From contig CAQXTN010000004.1 in NCBI GenBank assembly GCA_948916585.1, positions 2 through 64,001 on the forward strand: a DNA stretch of 64,000 nt. The letters run 5' to 3'. Shown piece by piece: positions 37,637-47,789 of the stretch. Each line of letters starts with the position of its first letter. Position 1 is the first letter of the stretch. The translations under genes and the position numbers were made by a program. Origin of the DNA: an uncultured Oscillibacter sp. (GTDB taxonomy: Bacteria; Bacillota; Clostridia; Oscillospirales; Oscillospiraceae). The notes under the pieces are model-generated. The model made no database searches, had not been told where the DNA came from, and saw only the letters and a list, made by a program, of their open reading frames with translations.

Positions 37637-38503
37637 TTAAATTTCCTGGCAGAGGGTGCCCAGAACCACCCTGGGAATTTGGTTGTGGTCCTTGATCACC
37701 TGTAAATCACCGAAACCCTGGCCGCGCATCAGCCGGAGCACCGGATCCGCCTGGCCGATGCCCACCTCAAAGTACAGACGCCCTCCGGGGACGAGAGCCT
37801 CCTTCCATTGTCCGGTGATGGAACGGTAGAAATCCAGGCCGTCCGTCCCGCCGTCCAGAGCCAGATGGGGCTCGTAGTCCCGGACGGAGTTCTCCAGCCC
37901 GGCGATGTCGCCGCTTGGAATGTAGGGCGGATTGCTGACAATGCACTGAAACTCCCCCAAAGACCGGGGGGGCTTCTTCCTGGCGTCCGCCTGGATGGGC
38001 ATGACCCGGGCGGAAAGACTGTTGCGCCGGATATTCTGGCGGCAGATTTTCAAGGCGCTGTCGTCCAGTTCCCCCAAAACCACCCAAGCCTGGGGCGCCT
38101 GGGAGGCGATGGCCAAACCGACACAGCCGCTGCCCGCGCAGAGGTCCAGCACCCGGCAATCCCCCTGCGTCTGTATGTAGGCGATGGCCTGCTCGGCCAG
38201 CACCTCGGTGTCCGCCCGGGGGATCAGCACGTCCTGGGAGATGTCCAGTGGGAGACCGTAGAACTCCCACTCGCCGATGAGATAGGCCACCGGCTCCCCG
38301 GCCATGCGCCGCTCCACCAGCCGCCGGACCTGGGCCTCCCGCTCCGGGGAGGCGTAGAGGCGGCTGTCCCGCTGGAGCTCCTCCCGGCTCTTGCCGGTGC
38401 CAAAGCACACCAGCTCCCGGGCCTCCAGAGTGGAAGCCTCCACCCCGCTCTCCCGGAGCTGTCGCCGGACATCCAGATATAGGTCATTGTAGGTTATGGC
38501 CAT
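37637..38503 (-). CDS. prmC: Release factor glutamine methyltransferase
   Basis: [40 protein letters not shown]. Confidence 0.95.
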   Translation of the reverse strand: MAITYNDLYLDVRRQLRESGVEASTLEARELVCFGTGKSREELQRDSRLYASPEREAQVRRLVERRMAGEPVAYLIGEWEFYGLPLDISQDVLIPRADTEVLAEQAIAYIQTQGDCRVLDLCAGSGCVGLAIASQAPQAWVVLGELDDSALKICRQNIRRNSLSARVMPIQADARKKPPRSLGEFQCIVSNPPYIPSGDIAGLENSVRDYEPHLALDGGTDGLDFYRSITGQWKEALVPGGRLYFEVGIGQADPVLRLMRGQGFGDLQVIKDHNQIPRVVLGTLCQEI

Positions 38504-38516
38504 GGGAATCACCCCT

Positions 38517-39491
38517 TTACCATGTGTCTTTTCCTTTTTCGGAGGGTAATACCAATTCCAAAGACCGGATGGCACATTCCATCATGCCGTCGTCCGGCTC
38601 GTTGGTGGTGAAATTCTGCATCCACAGTCCCGGGGCCGTCAGGATTTTTGCCAGAAGGCTCTCCTGCACGTGCCGCCCCACCCAGCGGTTGAACTCATAG
38701 GTCACACCTACCACCAAGGGCAGCAGGAGAAGATGCACCGCTGTCCGCAGCCAGGCGTTGGTGACGGGCCAAATGCCGAAAAAGATGCTGGAGAAGAGAA
38801 TGGACACGCAGATCACAACAAACAGGAAGCTGGTGCCGCACCGGGGATGGTGCCGGGGCTGGGCCCGGACATTTTCCACCGTCAGGGGCAGGCCCGCCTC
38901 ATAGCAGAAGATGGTTTTATGCTCCGCGCCGTGATATTGAAAGACCCGGTAGATGTCCTTTTGGCGGGAGCAGAGAATCAGGTAGGCCATGAAGATGACC
39001 ACCTTTAAAAGCCCCTCCACCAGATTCCGCCCCCAGAGGGGGAAGGCGGGGAAAAAGTGGAGAATCGCCCCGGTCAGCAGGGTGGGGAGGACCATGAAAA
39101 GAAACACGGACATGCCCACGCCCAGCGTCACCGCCAGGGCCACCACGGCGCTTTCCAGCTTTTTGCTGGAGAGGTGCTGTTCCAGCCACAGCTCGATTTT
39201 AGAGGGCTTGGCTGTCTCCTCCTCCGGGTAGAAGTCGGCGGAGTACATCAGGGCTTTCACGCCGCCCACCATGGAGTCCAGGAAGTTTACCGTCCCTCGA
39301 ATCAGGGGGAGGCCCAGAACGGGGTAGCGGTCCTTGATGAAGCGCAGGGGCTCCACCTTTTCCACCAGCTTCCCCTCCTGGTCCCGGACCACGATGGCCT
39401 GCTTCTCCGGGCCCCGCATCAGGATGCCCTCGATGAGCGCCTGTCCGCCGATGCTGGTGCGGAAGGCGCAGGATTTGTTTTCTTCTGCCAT
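38517..39491 (-). CDS. DUF1385 membrane protein
   Basis: IGGQALIEGILMRG, YHGAEHK, HPRCGTSF, TTNEPDD. Confidence 0.9.
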   Translation of the reverse strand: MAEENKSCAFRTSIGGQALIEGILMRGPEKQAIVVRDQEGKLVEKVEPLRFIKDRYPVLGLPLIRGTVNFLDSMVGGVKALMYSADFYPEEETAKPSKIELWLEQHLSSKKLESAVVALAVTLGVGMSVFLFMVLPTLLTGAILHFFPAFPLWGRNLVEGLLKVVIFMAYLILCSRQKDIYRVFQYHGAEHKTIFCYEAGLPLTVENVRAQPRHHPRCGTSFLFVVICVSILFSSIFFGIWPVTNAWLRTAVHLLLLPLVVGVTYEFNRWVGRHVQESLLAKILTAPGLWMQNFTTNEPDDGMMECAIRSLELVLPSEKGKDTW

Positions 39492-39585
39492 GAAATTTCC
39501 TTTCTGTGCGTTTGATATAGTATACCATGGGGCTTTTCAAAATGCAAACGGCTGTTCCATATTCTCCGAATGCTCGCGGGGAAAC

Positions 39586-39661
39586 GGGCCGCCGAGGGCG
39601 GCGGCCCCTACAGGGGGACCACCAGGAAACAGACCGTAGGGGCCGCCCCCCTGGGCGGCCT
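39586..39661. repeat. Inverted GTAG-type REP doublet
   Basis: GTAG-GGGCCGCC-N6-GGCGGCCC on minus (39586-39611) and GTAG-GGGCCGCC-N6-GGCGGCCT on plus (39636-39661). Confidence 0.8.
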
Positions 39662-39674
39662 GACCCCCGGGTAG

Positions 39675-41135
39675 TCAGGCCCGGACCGGCAATTTGATCG
39701 TCACCACCGCTCCGCCGCCGTCGGCGTTGCCGACGATGAAGGAGCCGCCGTGAAGGCCGATGATCTCATCACAGACCGCAAGGCCGATGCCGCTGCCCCG
39801 GGCCCGGGAAGTGCCCTTGTAGAACTTCTGCTTCACAAAGGGCAGCTCCTCCTCTGGAATACCGGGGCCGTAGTCCCGGACCCGGACCACCTGGGCGCTG
39901 CCCTCCTGAACGATGGAGGCCGTGATGCGCCGTCCCGCGCCACCGTGCTTGGCGGCGTTGTCCAGCACGTTGCAAAACACCTGCTTCAGCCGCTCCGAGT
40001 CCCCCCGGATCAGGGGCAGGTCGCCGTCTCCCGGGTGGTACTCCAGGGCGATGCCGTCCTGGCGGAAGAGCTCCTGGTAGGTGAAAATCGCGTCCTCCAG
40101 CTCCGCCTGGAGGTCTACGTCCTCAATCTGGAGGGTGAAGCGGCCATCCTCCATTTTGGAGAATTCCAGCAGCTCCTCCACCATGTTGGAAAGACGCCTC
40201 GACTCGTTGACAATGACCCGAATCCCCCGGCGGAGCTGCTCCGGGTCGTCGGTGAGATCGTCCTCCAGGATGGTCTCCCCCCAGCCGTTGATGGCGGTGA
40301 GGGGGGTCCGGAGCTCGTGGGAGACGGAGGAGATGAACTCGCTTTTCATTTTTTCGTTCTGGCTGATTTTCAGGGACATGTCGTTGATGTTGTCCACCAG
40401 CTCTCCCAGCTCGTCGGAGTACTTGTTTTCAATCCGGGTGCCGTAGCTTCCGGCGGAGATGCGCTTGGCCGCCTCCGTCACCACCGCCACAGGCTCCACC
40501 ACGTTATTGATAAAGAGAAGGTTGGAAAATACCACCAGCAGCATGCACAGCAGGGCAATGAGAAAAATAGCCAGCACCACGAACATGACCTGCCGGTCCA
40601 CCGCCCGAAGGGAGGTCACCAGCCGCATAACGCCCACCACCCGGCCGTTTGCCGTCAGGGGACAGGAGACCGCCAGAATCTCTTCCCCGGTCTCCAGGTC
40701 CCGCCCCTGGTAGGGGGTGGGAGTCGCCTTGTTCTCCCGGAGAACCTGGAGAATGTCGTCGGTGCCCGGGTAGGTTCCCGCCGTCAGGCCGGAGGTGGAC
40801 ACCTGGATGCGGCCGCTGGAGCCAATGAACTGGAGCTCGATGCGGTTTTTATCCTCGAAGCTCTCTGCGGACTGGACGGCTTTTTGGTAGTAGCTGGAAA
40901 AACCGTTGTCCATAAAGTATTCGTTGAAGGAGTTGGCCAGGGCCTGGGCCCGGGTCTCCAGGCCTTTTTGCATGGTGCCGTAGTAGTAGTTGGAAACGCC
41001 CGCGGAAAACAGGGTCACCACCAGCACCAGCAGCGTTCCGATGGGGAGGATGGAGTTAAAAATCCACCGCTGCCGCAGGCCCCGCAGCCGGAGAGAGTTC
41101 CACCGCTGCTCCTTTTCCATCACCTGTTCTTCCAT
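39675..41135 (-). CDS. HAMP-domain sensor histidine kinase
   Basis: Two TM; SHELRTPLT, NVLDNAAK, DYGPGI, GSGIGL. Confidence 0.95.
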   Translation of the reverse strand: MEEQVMEKEQRWNSLRLRGLRQRWIFNSILPIGTLLVLVVTLFSAGVSNYYYGTMQKGLETRAQALANSFNEYFMDNGFSSYYQKAVQSAESFEDKNRIELQFIGSSGRIQVSTSGLTAGTYPGTDDILQVLRENKATPTPYQGRDLETGEEILAVSCPLTANGRVVGVMRLVTSLRAVDRQVMFVVLAIFLIALLCMLLVVFSNLLFINNVVEPVAVVTEAAKRISAGSYGTRIENKYSDELGELVDNINDMSLKISQNEKMKSEFISSVSHELRTPLTAINGWGETILEDDLTDDPEQLRRGIRVIVNESRRLSNMVEELLEFSKMEDGRFTLQIEDVDLQAELEDAIFTYQELFRQDGIALEYHPGDGDLPLIRGDSERLKQVFCNVLDNAAKHGGAGRRITASIVQEGSAQVVRVRDYGPGIPEEELPFVKQKFYKGTSRARGSGIGLAVCDEIIGLHGGSFIVGNADGGGAVVTIKLPVRA

Positions 41136-41139
41136 GCCG

Positions 41140-41829
41140 TCACAGCCCCCACTTGTAGCCGTAGCCCCAGACGGTGGTGATATAGGCGGGGTTTTGCACG
41201 TTGTCCTCGATTTTCAGCCGGAGGCGGCGGATGTTCACATCCACGATTTTCAGCTCCCCGAAGTAGTCCCGGCCCCAGACCATGTCCAGGATTTCTTCCC
41301 GGGCCAGGGCTTTGCCGGGGTTCTCCATAAAGACCCGCATGATGGAATACTCCACCTGGGTCAGCTTGATCCGCTGGCCGTTTTTCTCCAGGGTCCGGTT
41401 CCGGGTGTTCAGCAGGAAGGGGGGCTGGCTCAGCTCCCCGGTGGCCTGAGGGGGCTCCTCGCCGCCGGAGCGGCGGACCAGGGCGTCCACCCGGGCGGTG
41501 AGCTCCGCCGGGGAGAAGGGCTTGGTCACATAGTCGTCCGCCCCGGTCATCAGGCCCGTCACCTTGTCCATCTCCTGGGAGCGGGCGGTGAGCATGATGA
41601 TGCCAATGCGGCTGTTGGTGGCCCGGATGCGGCGGCAGACCTCGAAGCCGTCGATGCCTGGAAGCATGATGTCCAGTAAGGCCACCCGGGCGTCCGGGTT
41701 CTCCCGGAGGCGCTCCAGGGCCTCCTCGCCGCTCTCGGCCTCGATGACGTCGTAGCCGGCCCGGCGAAGGTTGATGACGATGAAGCCGCGGATGCTGGCC
41801 TCATCCTCTAAAACCAAGACTTTTTTCAT
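41140..41829 (-). CDS. OmpR-family response regulator
   Basis: LEDE, LDIMLP, GADDYVTKPF, TVWGYGY. Confidence 0.95.
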   Translation of the reverse strand: MKKVLVLEDEASIRGFIVINLRRAGYDVIEAESGEEALERLRENPDARVALLDIMLPGIDGFEVCRRIRATNSRIGIIMLTARSQEMDKVTGLMTGADDYVTKPFSPAELTARVDALVRRSGGEEPPQATGELSQPPFLLNTRNRTLEKNGQRIKLTQVEYSIMRVFMENPGKALAREEILDMVWGRDYFGELKIVDVNIRRLRLKIEDNVQNPAYITTVWGYGYKWGL

Positions 41830-41859
41830 CTTGTCCGTTCCTTTCCAATGGTGTGGGCC

Positions 41860-43221
41860 TCAGGTTTCCCCGGGAATCCACTCCCGGACAATGAGGCTGA
41901 AGGCCGACCGGACCTCCTCCGCCGTCATGGCCTGATCCCAAGGCGGGTTTTCCGGCAGCTCGGCGGTGTAGATCACGTCGGATTGGCGGCTGAGGGGGAA
42001 GCGATTTCCACGGGTGGCTCGAATTTCTCGGCTGGTGCCGGTGAGAGAGGTAATCCGCAGGATAGCGGCGCCCCGGACGGCCTCTTCGTTTAGCGTGTAG
42101 AAGGTGACGCTGGCGTCGCTTCCCGAGACACTGCGCTCCGCCTCCACCCGGCCGGTCCAGGACTCAGGGAGCTGGAGATACCAGCCGTCCTCCATATTGT
42201 GGTGGGTCCGCAAAACCACCTCCGCCTCTCCCGCGCCGTTGTAGCTCATCCAGTCGATGCGCTGGTCAAACTCGCCGCTGTGGGGCGACACGGCGGGGCT
42301 TGGCACCTCGATAGCGCCGTCTCCGTTGATATCCGTGGGATAGAGCCCGCGGAAGGCGTTGACCGCGCTGGTGACGCCGGTGGTGTTGGAAAGGGCCGCG
42401 TTGACCAGCTCCTGCTCCGGGGCGGCCAGAATGTCGGTGACGGCGGCCGCCACCGATTCGGTGGACACCGGGGTGGTGACGCCGGTGACGAATACCGCCG
42501 GCAGGCCGTCCCGCAGGGCCCCGGAAATTACCCGCCCCTGGTTCAGCTCCGCCATGGTGATGGAGAGGCGGGCGGAGGATACGCGCTGCAGGGTGCCGCC
42601 CTCCTGCCAGTCGTAGTAATCCGCCACGCCGCCCCCCTCTTCCCCGGCGTGGAACACCACCAGCTCCTGGAGACCGTCGCCGTCCAGGTCCACGCTGGCG
42701 TAGCGGACATAGCTGACGCTGCGCAGCAGCTCCTGGGGTCCGGCGGGGTCCAGGGCATAGACGGAGAGGGCCTGGAGCTCGGCGTTGACCCGCCAGCCCA
42801 CGATGAGCTCCGTCCGGCCGTCGCCGTCTAAGTCGCTGTAAACCACGCTGTAGACCGCCGCGCCGCTGCCCTCGATGACGGCGGACTGCTCATAGCTGTC
42901 CCCCTGGGTGGAGAAGATATAGATTTTCAGGGGCTTCTCGTCCTCCGCCTTTCGGAAGAAGGCCACGGCCTCCTGCTGTCCGTCGCCGTCCAGGTCCGTC
43001 AGCTGCACGGGCTGGATGTTGGTGCCGGCGGCGGGGGCGGCGTATTCCGCGCCGTCCTCCAAAATGGCGTTGAGCCGGGCGTTGAGCTCTGTGTACTTGG
43101 CGGGCAGCTCCGGCAGGGCGTAGAGCTCCTCGGGGTTGAATTCCACGTTGAAGCCGCCGCAGCCGCTGAGGACCAGGGACAGCAGCAGCGCCGCCGCCAG
43201 GGCCCGGATTTTTTTGGCCAT
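41860..43221 (-). CDS. Lipoprotein with FG-GAP/VCBS-like DxDGDG repeats
   Basis: Lipobox LSGC; DLDGDG x3 and DINGDG. Confidence 0.8.
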   Translation of the reverse strand: MAKKIRALAAALLLSLVLSGCGGFNVEFNPEELYALPELPAKYTELNARLNAILEDGAEYAAPAAGTNIQPVQLTDLDGDGQQEAVAFFRKAEDEKPLKIYIFSTQGDSYEQSAVIEGSGAAVYSVVYSDLDGDGRTELIVGWRVNAELQALSVYALDPAGPQELLRSVSYVRYASVDLDGDGLQELVVFHAGEEGGGVADYYDWQEGGTLQRVSSARLSITMAELNQGRVISGALRDGLPAVFVTGVTTPVSTESVAAAVTDILAAPEQELVNAALSNTTGVTSAVNAFRGLYPTDINGDGAIEVPSPAVSPHSGEFDQRIDWMSYNGAGEAEVVLRTHHNMEDGWYLQLPESWTGRVEAERSVSGSDASVTFYTLNEEAVRGAAILRITSLTGTSREIRATRGNRFPLSRQSDVIYTAELPENPPWDQAMTAEEVRSAFSLIVREWIPGET

Positions 43222-43366
43222 TCCGCCGCCTCCCTTGCTGTTTGAAGGATGCTGTAAGTCCCTTGGGTGGGACCTGAATACTCTAATATCATATCATACC
43301 ACGTTTTTCGGCGTTTGGGTAGTGTTTCTTAACCGGATTTTTGTCCTTGCGCTTTTTCCGGTCCTA

Positions 43367-43441
43367 TCTTACAAAATTGTAAGACAGCGGCCCAAACTGT
43401 AAGGCAAAGCCATGGAATCCCGCCGCCGTGCCTGCTATAAT
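43367..43441 (+). promoter_or_regulatory. BceR-type binding site and promoter
   Basis: TCTTACA-N4-TGTAAGA (43367-43384), second half-site TGTAAG 21 bp downstream, TGnTATAAT at 43433-43441. Confidence 0.8.
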
Positions 43442-43471
43442 CGTCTCATAACCCAAGAGGAGGATTCCAAT

Positions 43472-44239
43472 ATGTCTTTACTGGAAGTACAGCACCTGCA
43501 AAAAATCTACACCACCCGCTTCGGCGGCAATCAGGTCACCGCCCTGGCGGATGTGAATTTCTCCGTGGAGTCCGGGGAGTACGTGGCCATCATGGGCGAG
43601 TCCGGCTCCGGCAAGACCACCTTATTAAATATCCTGGCGGCCCTGGACCGCCCCACCGCCGGGGAGGTCTTCCTCAACGGAAAGGCCCTCTCCGACATCC
43701 GGGAGCGGGACCTGGCGGCTTTCCGCCGGTCCCACCTGGGCTTCGTGTTCCAGGACTTCAACCTCCTGGACACCTTCTCCCTTCAGGACAACATCTTCCT
43801 GCCCCTGGTCCTGGCGGGGAAGGACTACCGGGACATGAAAAAGAAAATCCAGCCCATCGCGGAACAGCTGGGCATTGACCACATCCTGACTAAGTACCCC
43901 TACGAGGTCTCCGGCGGGCAGAAGCAGCGCTGCGCCGTGGCCCGGGCCCTCATCACGGACCCCCAGATCGTCCTGGCCGACGAGCCTACCGGGGCCCTGG
44001 ACTCCCGGGCCTCCGACAACCTGCTGGAGCTCTTCGGAGAAATTAACAAAGGGGGCCAGACCATCCTCATGGTCACCCACTCCGTCAAGGCCGCCAGCCA
44101 CGCCGGGCGGGTGCTCTTCCTCCGGGACGGGCAGGTCTACCACCAGCTCTACCGGGGGACCCAGAGCGCCGAGGCCCAGTTCGCCAAGATCTCCGACACC
44201 CTGACGGTGCTGACGCAAGGCGGTGAGCCCCGTGCGTAA
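43472..44239 (+). CDS. BceA-like ABC ATPase
   Basis: MGESGSGKTT, GFVFQDFNLLD, YPYEVSGGQKQR, ADEPTGALDS. Confidence 0.92.
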   Translation: MSLLEVQHLQKIYTTRFGGNQVTALADVNFSVESGEYVAIMGESGSGKTTLLNILAALDRPTAGEVFLNGKALSDIRERDLAAFRRSHLGFVFQDFNLLDTFSLQDNIFLPLVLAGKDYRDMKKKIQPIAEQLGIDHILTKYPYEVSGGQKQRCAVARALITDPQIVLADEPTGALDSRASDNLLELFGEINKGGQTILMVTHSVKAASHAGRVLFLRDGQVYHQLYRGTQSAEAQFAKISDTLTVLTQGGEPRA

Positions 44240-46226
44240 GTCCGGCTTCTTCCCCCGTCTGGCCCTGGTGAATCTGGCCAGAAACGGGCGGTTTTACGGC
44301 CCCTACCTCCTCTCCTGTGTGGTGACGGCGGCTATGTACTACATTTTGCTGTTTCTGGCCTATAACGAGGGGCTGGACGGTGTCCGGGGGGCCATGTACC
44401 TCAAGAGCTTCGCCGGGGTGGGCTGCTTCGTGGCGGCGGGGCTCTCGGCGGTGATTCTGCTCTACGCCAACAGCTTTGTCATGAAGCGCCGCCAGCGGGA
44501 GCTGGGGCTCTACAACATCTTAGGGCTGGAAAAGAGGCACATCGCCCGGATGTGCTTCTGGGAGACCCTGTTCTGCGCCGCCGTCACCCTGGCGGGGGGC
44601 CTTCTCCTGGGCATCCTGTTTTCCAAGGCGGTCATCCTGCTCCTTTTAAAGCTGGCCCGCGTCCCCGCCCAGTTCGGCATGGAAATTTCCACCCGGGGCA
44701 TTTGGGAAACCGCGACGCTCTTCGGCGCGCTGTTCCTGTTCACCCTTGCGCGAAATCTTTGGAGCGTCAGCCGGGCCAAGCCGGTGGACCTGCTCCACAG
44801 CGCCTCCGCGGGGGAGCGGGAGCCGAAAACGAAATGGCTGCTGGTCATCCTGGGGGTGCTGACCCTGGGAGGCGGATACTTCATCGCCATCGCCACCCAG
44901 AACCCCATTGAGGCCATGCTGTTCTTTTTCGGGGCGGTGTTCCTGGTCATCATTGGCACGTACTGCCTGTTCACCGCCGGGTCCATCGCCATTTTAAAGC
45001 GCCTCCGGGCCAACCCGAAATTTTACTACCAGACCCGGCATTTTACCGCCGTCTCCGGCCTTCTCTACCGGATGAAGCAGAACGCCGTGGGCCTGGCCAG
45101 CATCTGCATCCTTTCCACCATGGTGCTGGTGACGGTCTCCACCACCATCGCCATGAACATCGGCCTGGAGAACTCCCTGAATGAGATGTACCCTTATGAT
45201 ATCGAGTTCCTCCAGGACCTGGAAAACCAGCCGGGGGACCCCATGGACCGCTTGCGGGAGGTGGAGGCTGCCGCCAACGCCTCCGGGGGCTTTACCGATT
45301 CCCGGTACTACACCCGCTATTGGGTCTACTGCGGCGTTCGGGGCAGCGAGATTTCCCTGAACCTGGATCAGAACTGCCTGCGGACGGAGGTGGAGGTGGT
45401 GACGGCGGAGGACTACAGCCGCCTCACCGGAAAGAACGTCATTCTGGCTCCGGACGAGGTGCTGGCCTGTTCGAAGGGCCCGGCGGATTTCCCGGCGGAC
45501 TTCACCGTCTCCGCGAACTTTGGCGAGGCGGGCCTGTCCTTCCACGTCCGGGAGGAAATCACGGAGGTCATCCGCCACGCGACCAACACGCTGCTGGGCT
45601 CTGAGGAATCGTCGCTGTTCCTGGTGGTGGCGGACCGGGAGACGGCGGAGACGCTCATGGACCTGGATACCTCCCGCAGCGCCCGGCAGTTCCGAGTTCA
45701 GATGAATCTGGCGGGGGAGGATTATGAGGAAAAGCTGGCCCAGACGGAGCGGCTTGTGTTCGAGCTGAGCAAGCGGGACGGCGGCGTGAGCTTCACCAGC
45801 AAGCAGGACAATGCCCAGGAGTTCTACGCCATGTACGGCGGGTTCCTGTTCCTGGGGGTCTTCCTGGGGCTCCTCTTCCTGCTGGCTACCGTCCTTATCA
45901 TCTACTATAAGCAGATCTCCGAGGGCTGCGAGGACCAGCGCCGCTTTTTAATCCTCCGCCAGGTGGGCATGAGCGAAAAGGAGATCAACGCCTCCATTCA
46001 CGGCCAGATTCTGCTGGTGTTCTTTCTGCCCCTGGGGGCGGCGGCGCTCCATGTGTTCATGGCCTTTCCCATGCTCTCCAGAATGATGGAGCTGTTCAAC
46101 CTCCACGACGGGAAGCTCTTCGTCCTCTGCACGGCGGGAACCCTGGCGGTGTTCTGCCTGATCTACGCCCTGGTCTTCGCCTGGACGGCCCGGGCCTACA
46201 GCCGCCTGGTGGGCGCAAACAGCTGA
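44232..46226 (+). CDS. BceB-like FtsX permease
   Basis: KRRQRELGLYNILG, RMKQNAVGLASI, large extracellular loop, IYYKQISEG, FFLP. Confidence 0.92.
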   Translation: MRKSGFFPRLALVNLARNGRFYGPYLLSCVVTAAMYYILLFLAYNEGLDGVRGAMYLKSFAGVGCFVAAGLSAVILLYANSFVMKRRQRELGLYNILGLEKRHIARMCFWETLFCAAVTLAGGLLLGILFSKAVILLLLKLARVPAQFGMEISTRGIWETATLFGALFLFTLARNLWSVSRAKPVDLLHSASAGEREPKTKWLLVILGVLTLGGGYFIAIATQNPIEAMLFFFGAVFLVIIGTYCLFTAGSIAILKRLRANPKFYYQTRHFTAVSGLLYRMKQNAVGLASICILSTMVLVTVSTTIAMNIGLENSLNEMYPYDIEFLQDLENQPGDPMDRLREVEAAANASGGFTDSRYYTRYWVYCGVRGSEISLNLDQNCLRTEVEVVTAEDYSRLTGKNVILAPDEVLACSKGPADFPADFTVSANFGEAGLSFHVREEITEVIRHATNTLLGSEESSLFLVVADRETAETLMDLDTSRSARQFRVQMNLAGEDYEEKLAQTERLVFELSKRDGGVSFTSKQDNAQEFYAMYGGFLFLGVFLGLLFLLATVLIIYYKQISEGCEDQRRFLILRQVGMSEKEINASIHGQILLVFFLPLGAAALHVFMAFPMLSRMMELFNLHDGKLFVLCTAGTLAVFCLIYALVFAWTARAYSRLVGANS

Positions 46227-46479
46227 GCCCTCTCTTTTCAGACCCCGCCGGTCAGGATAAGCCCTCCGGCGGGGCCCGATTTTAATCTGTCGAAACCGTT
46301 AGATTTCAGAAAGACTCTGGACAGATTCTTTTGTTACAGTGCTTACAGACGTGGAGCCCGGGAAAAATAACGAAGAGTTACAAAATTGTACCTTTTTTGT
46401 AACGCCTCCCGCCGGTTTGTGGTGTATGCTTACGAACAAGACGCTTGGGCCCCTTCTAAAAAGTTTTTCGGGGAGGGGC

Positions 46480-46526
46480 TTGACAAGCTGTACTAACTGT
46501 ATTATTATTGCTAATACGATAGTACA
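46480..46526 (+). promoter_or_regulatory. sigmaA promoter with overlapping dyad
   Basis: TTGACA-N17-TATTAT; TGTACTA...TAGTACA and GTATTA...TAATAC inverted repeats. Confidence 0.65.
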
Positions 46527-46616
46527 ATGACACAGGAGGAAATATTTTTCAAAACCTTGAAGAATCCCGCCTGTGTATCCCGTAATATACTTGAGACATG
46601 AGAAGCGAGGTCTGAC

Positions 46617-47789
46617 ATGAAAATTCTGATTACATCCGACTGGTACCTTCCCGCGGTGAACGGCGTGGTCACCTCGGTGAAAAATCTCCGCCGTGAGCTG
46701 GAGGAACGGGGCCACGAGGTCCGGGTCCTGACCCTCTCGCAAAACCACCGCTCCTATGAGCGGGACGGCGTGACGTATCTCGGCTCCGTGGCGGCGGGGC
46801 TGATTTACCCCGGCGCCCGGCTGCGGACCGCTTTAGCGGGCAAGTGGGTCCGGGAAATCGTGGAGTGGGGCCCGGACGTGGTTCATTCCCAGTGCGAGTT
46901 TTCCACCTTTTTCCTGGCCCGGCGCATCGCCGAGGAGCTGGACATTCCCCTGGTCCACACCTATCACACGGTGTACGAGGACTACACCCACTACTTTTCC
47001 CCCAACGTCCGCTTTGGGAAGAAGGCCGCCGCCGTCTTCACCCGCTGGGCCGCCTCCCACACGGACTGCCTCATCGCCCCCACGGGGAAGGTGCGGCTGC
47101 TGCTTCAGGGCTATGGCGTGAAGAAGCCCATCTTCGTGGTGCCCTCCGGCATCGACCTGCGGCGCTTCCGGGATGAGCCGGACCCCATGCGGGGCGCGGT
47201 GCTCCGGGCCAGCCTGGACATTCCCCGGGAGCGGACCGTTCTGGTCTTTGTGGGGCGGCTTGCCGAGGAGAAGCGGGTGGATGAGCTTCTGCGCTTCCGG
47301 GCCAATATGGGCCCGGGGGGCGTGACCCTGCTTCTGGTTGGCGACGGGCCGGACCGCAAGCGCCTGGAGGGCGTGGCCCAGGGCCTGGGCCTGGCCGCCC
47401 CGGATGTGGTGTTTGCCGGGATGGTCCCGGCGGAGCAGGTGGCGGACTGGTATCAATTGGGGGACCTGTTCGTCAGCGCCTCCACCAGCGAGACTCAGGG
47501 CCTCACCTATACCGAGGCCCTGGCGGCGGGCGTGCCGGTGCTCTGCCGGGCGGACCCCTGCCTGCTGGGCGTGGTCCGGGACGGGGAGAACGGCTGGCAG
47601 TACCACGGCGAGGCGGAGTTCCGCCAGCGGCTGGAGGAGTTCCTGGCCCATCCCCAGCGGCGGGAGGCCCTGTGCCTGGCCGCCCGGGAGACGGGGGAGG
47701 AGTACTCCGCCCAGCGCTTCGCGGAGCGGGTAGAGTCCATTTACTTAGAGCAGATCGAGCGCGGCTCGTTACGGAGGATACCGGCATGA
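46617..47789 (+). CDS. GT4 glycosyltransferase (monoglycosyl-diacylglycerol synthase-like)
   Basis: SDWYLPAVNGVVTSV, HTYHTVYEDYTHY, SETQGLTYTEALA. Confidence 0.88.
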   Translation: MKILITSDWYLPAVNGVVTSVKNLRRELEERGHEVRVLTLSQNHRSYERDGVTYLGSVAAGLIYPGARLRTALAGKWVREIVEWGPDVVHSQCEFSTFFLARRIAEELDIPLVHTYHTVYEDYTHYFSPNVRFGKKAAAVFTRWAASHTDCLIAPTGKVRLLLQGYGVKKPIFVVPSGIDLRRFRDEPDPMRGAVLRASLDIPRERTVLVFVGRLAEEKRVDELLRFRANMGPGGVTLLLVGDGPDRKRLEGVAQGLGLAAPDVVFAGMVPAEQVADWYQLGDLFVSASTSETQGLTYTEALAAGVPVLCRADPCLLGVVRDGENGWQYHGEAEFRQRLEEFLAHPQRREALCLAARETGEEYSAQRFAERVESIYLEQIERGSLRRIPA

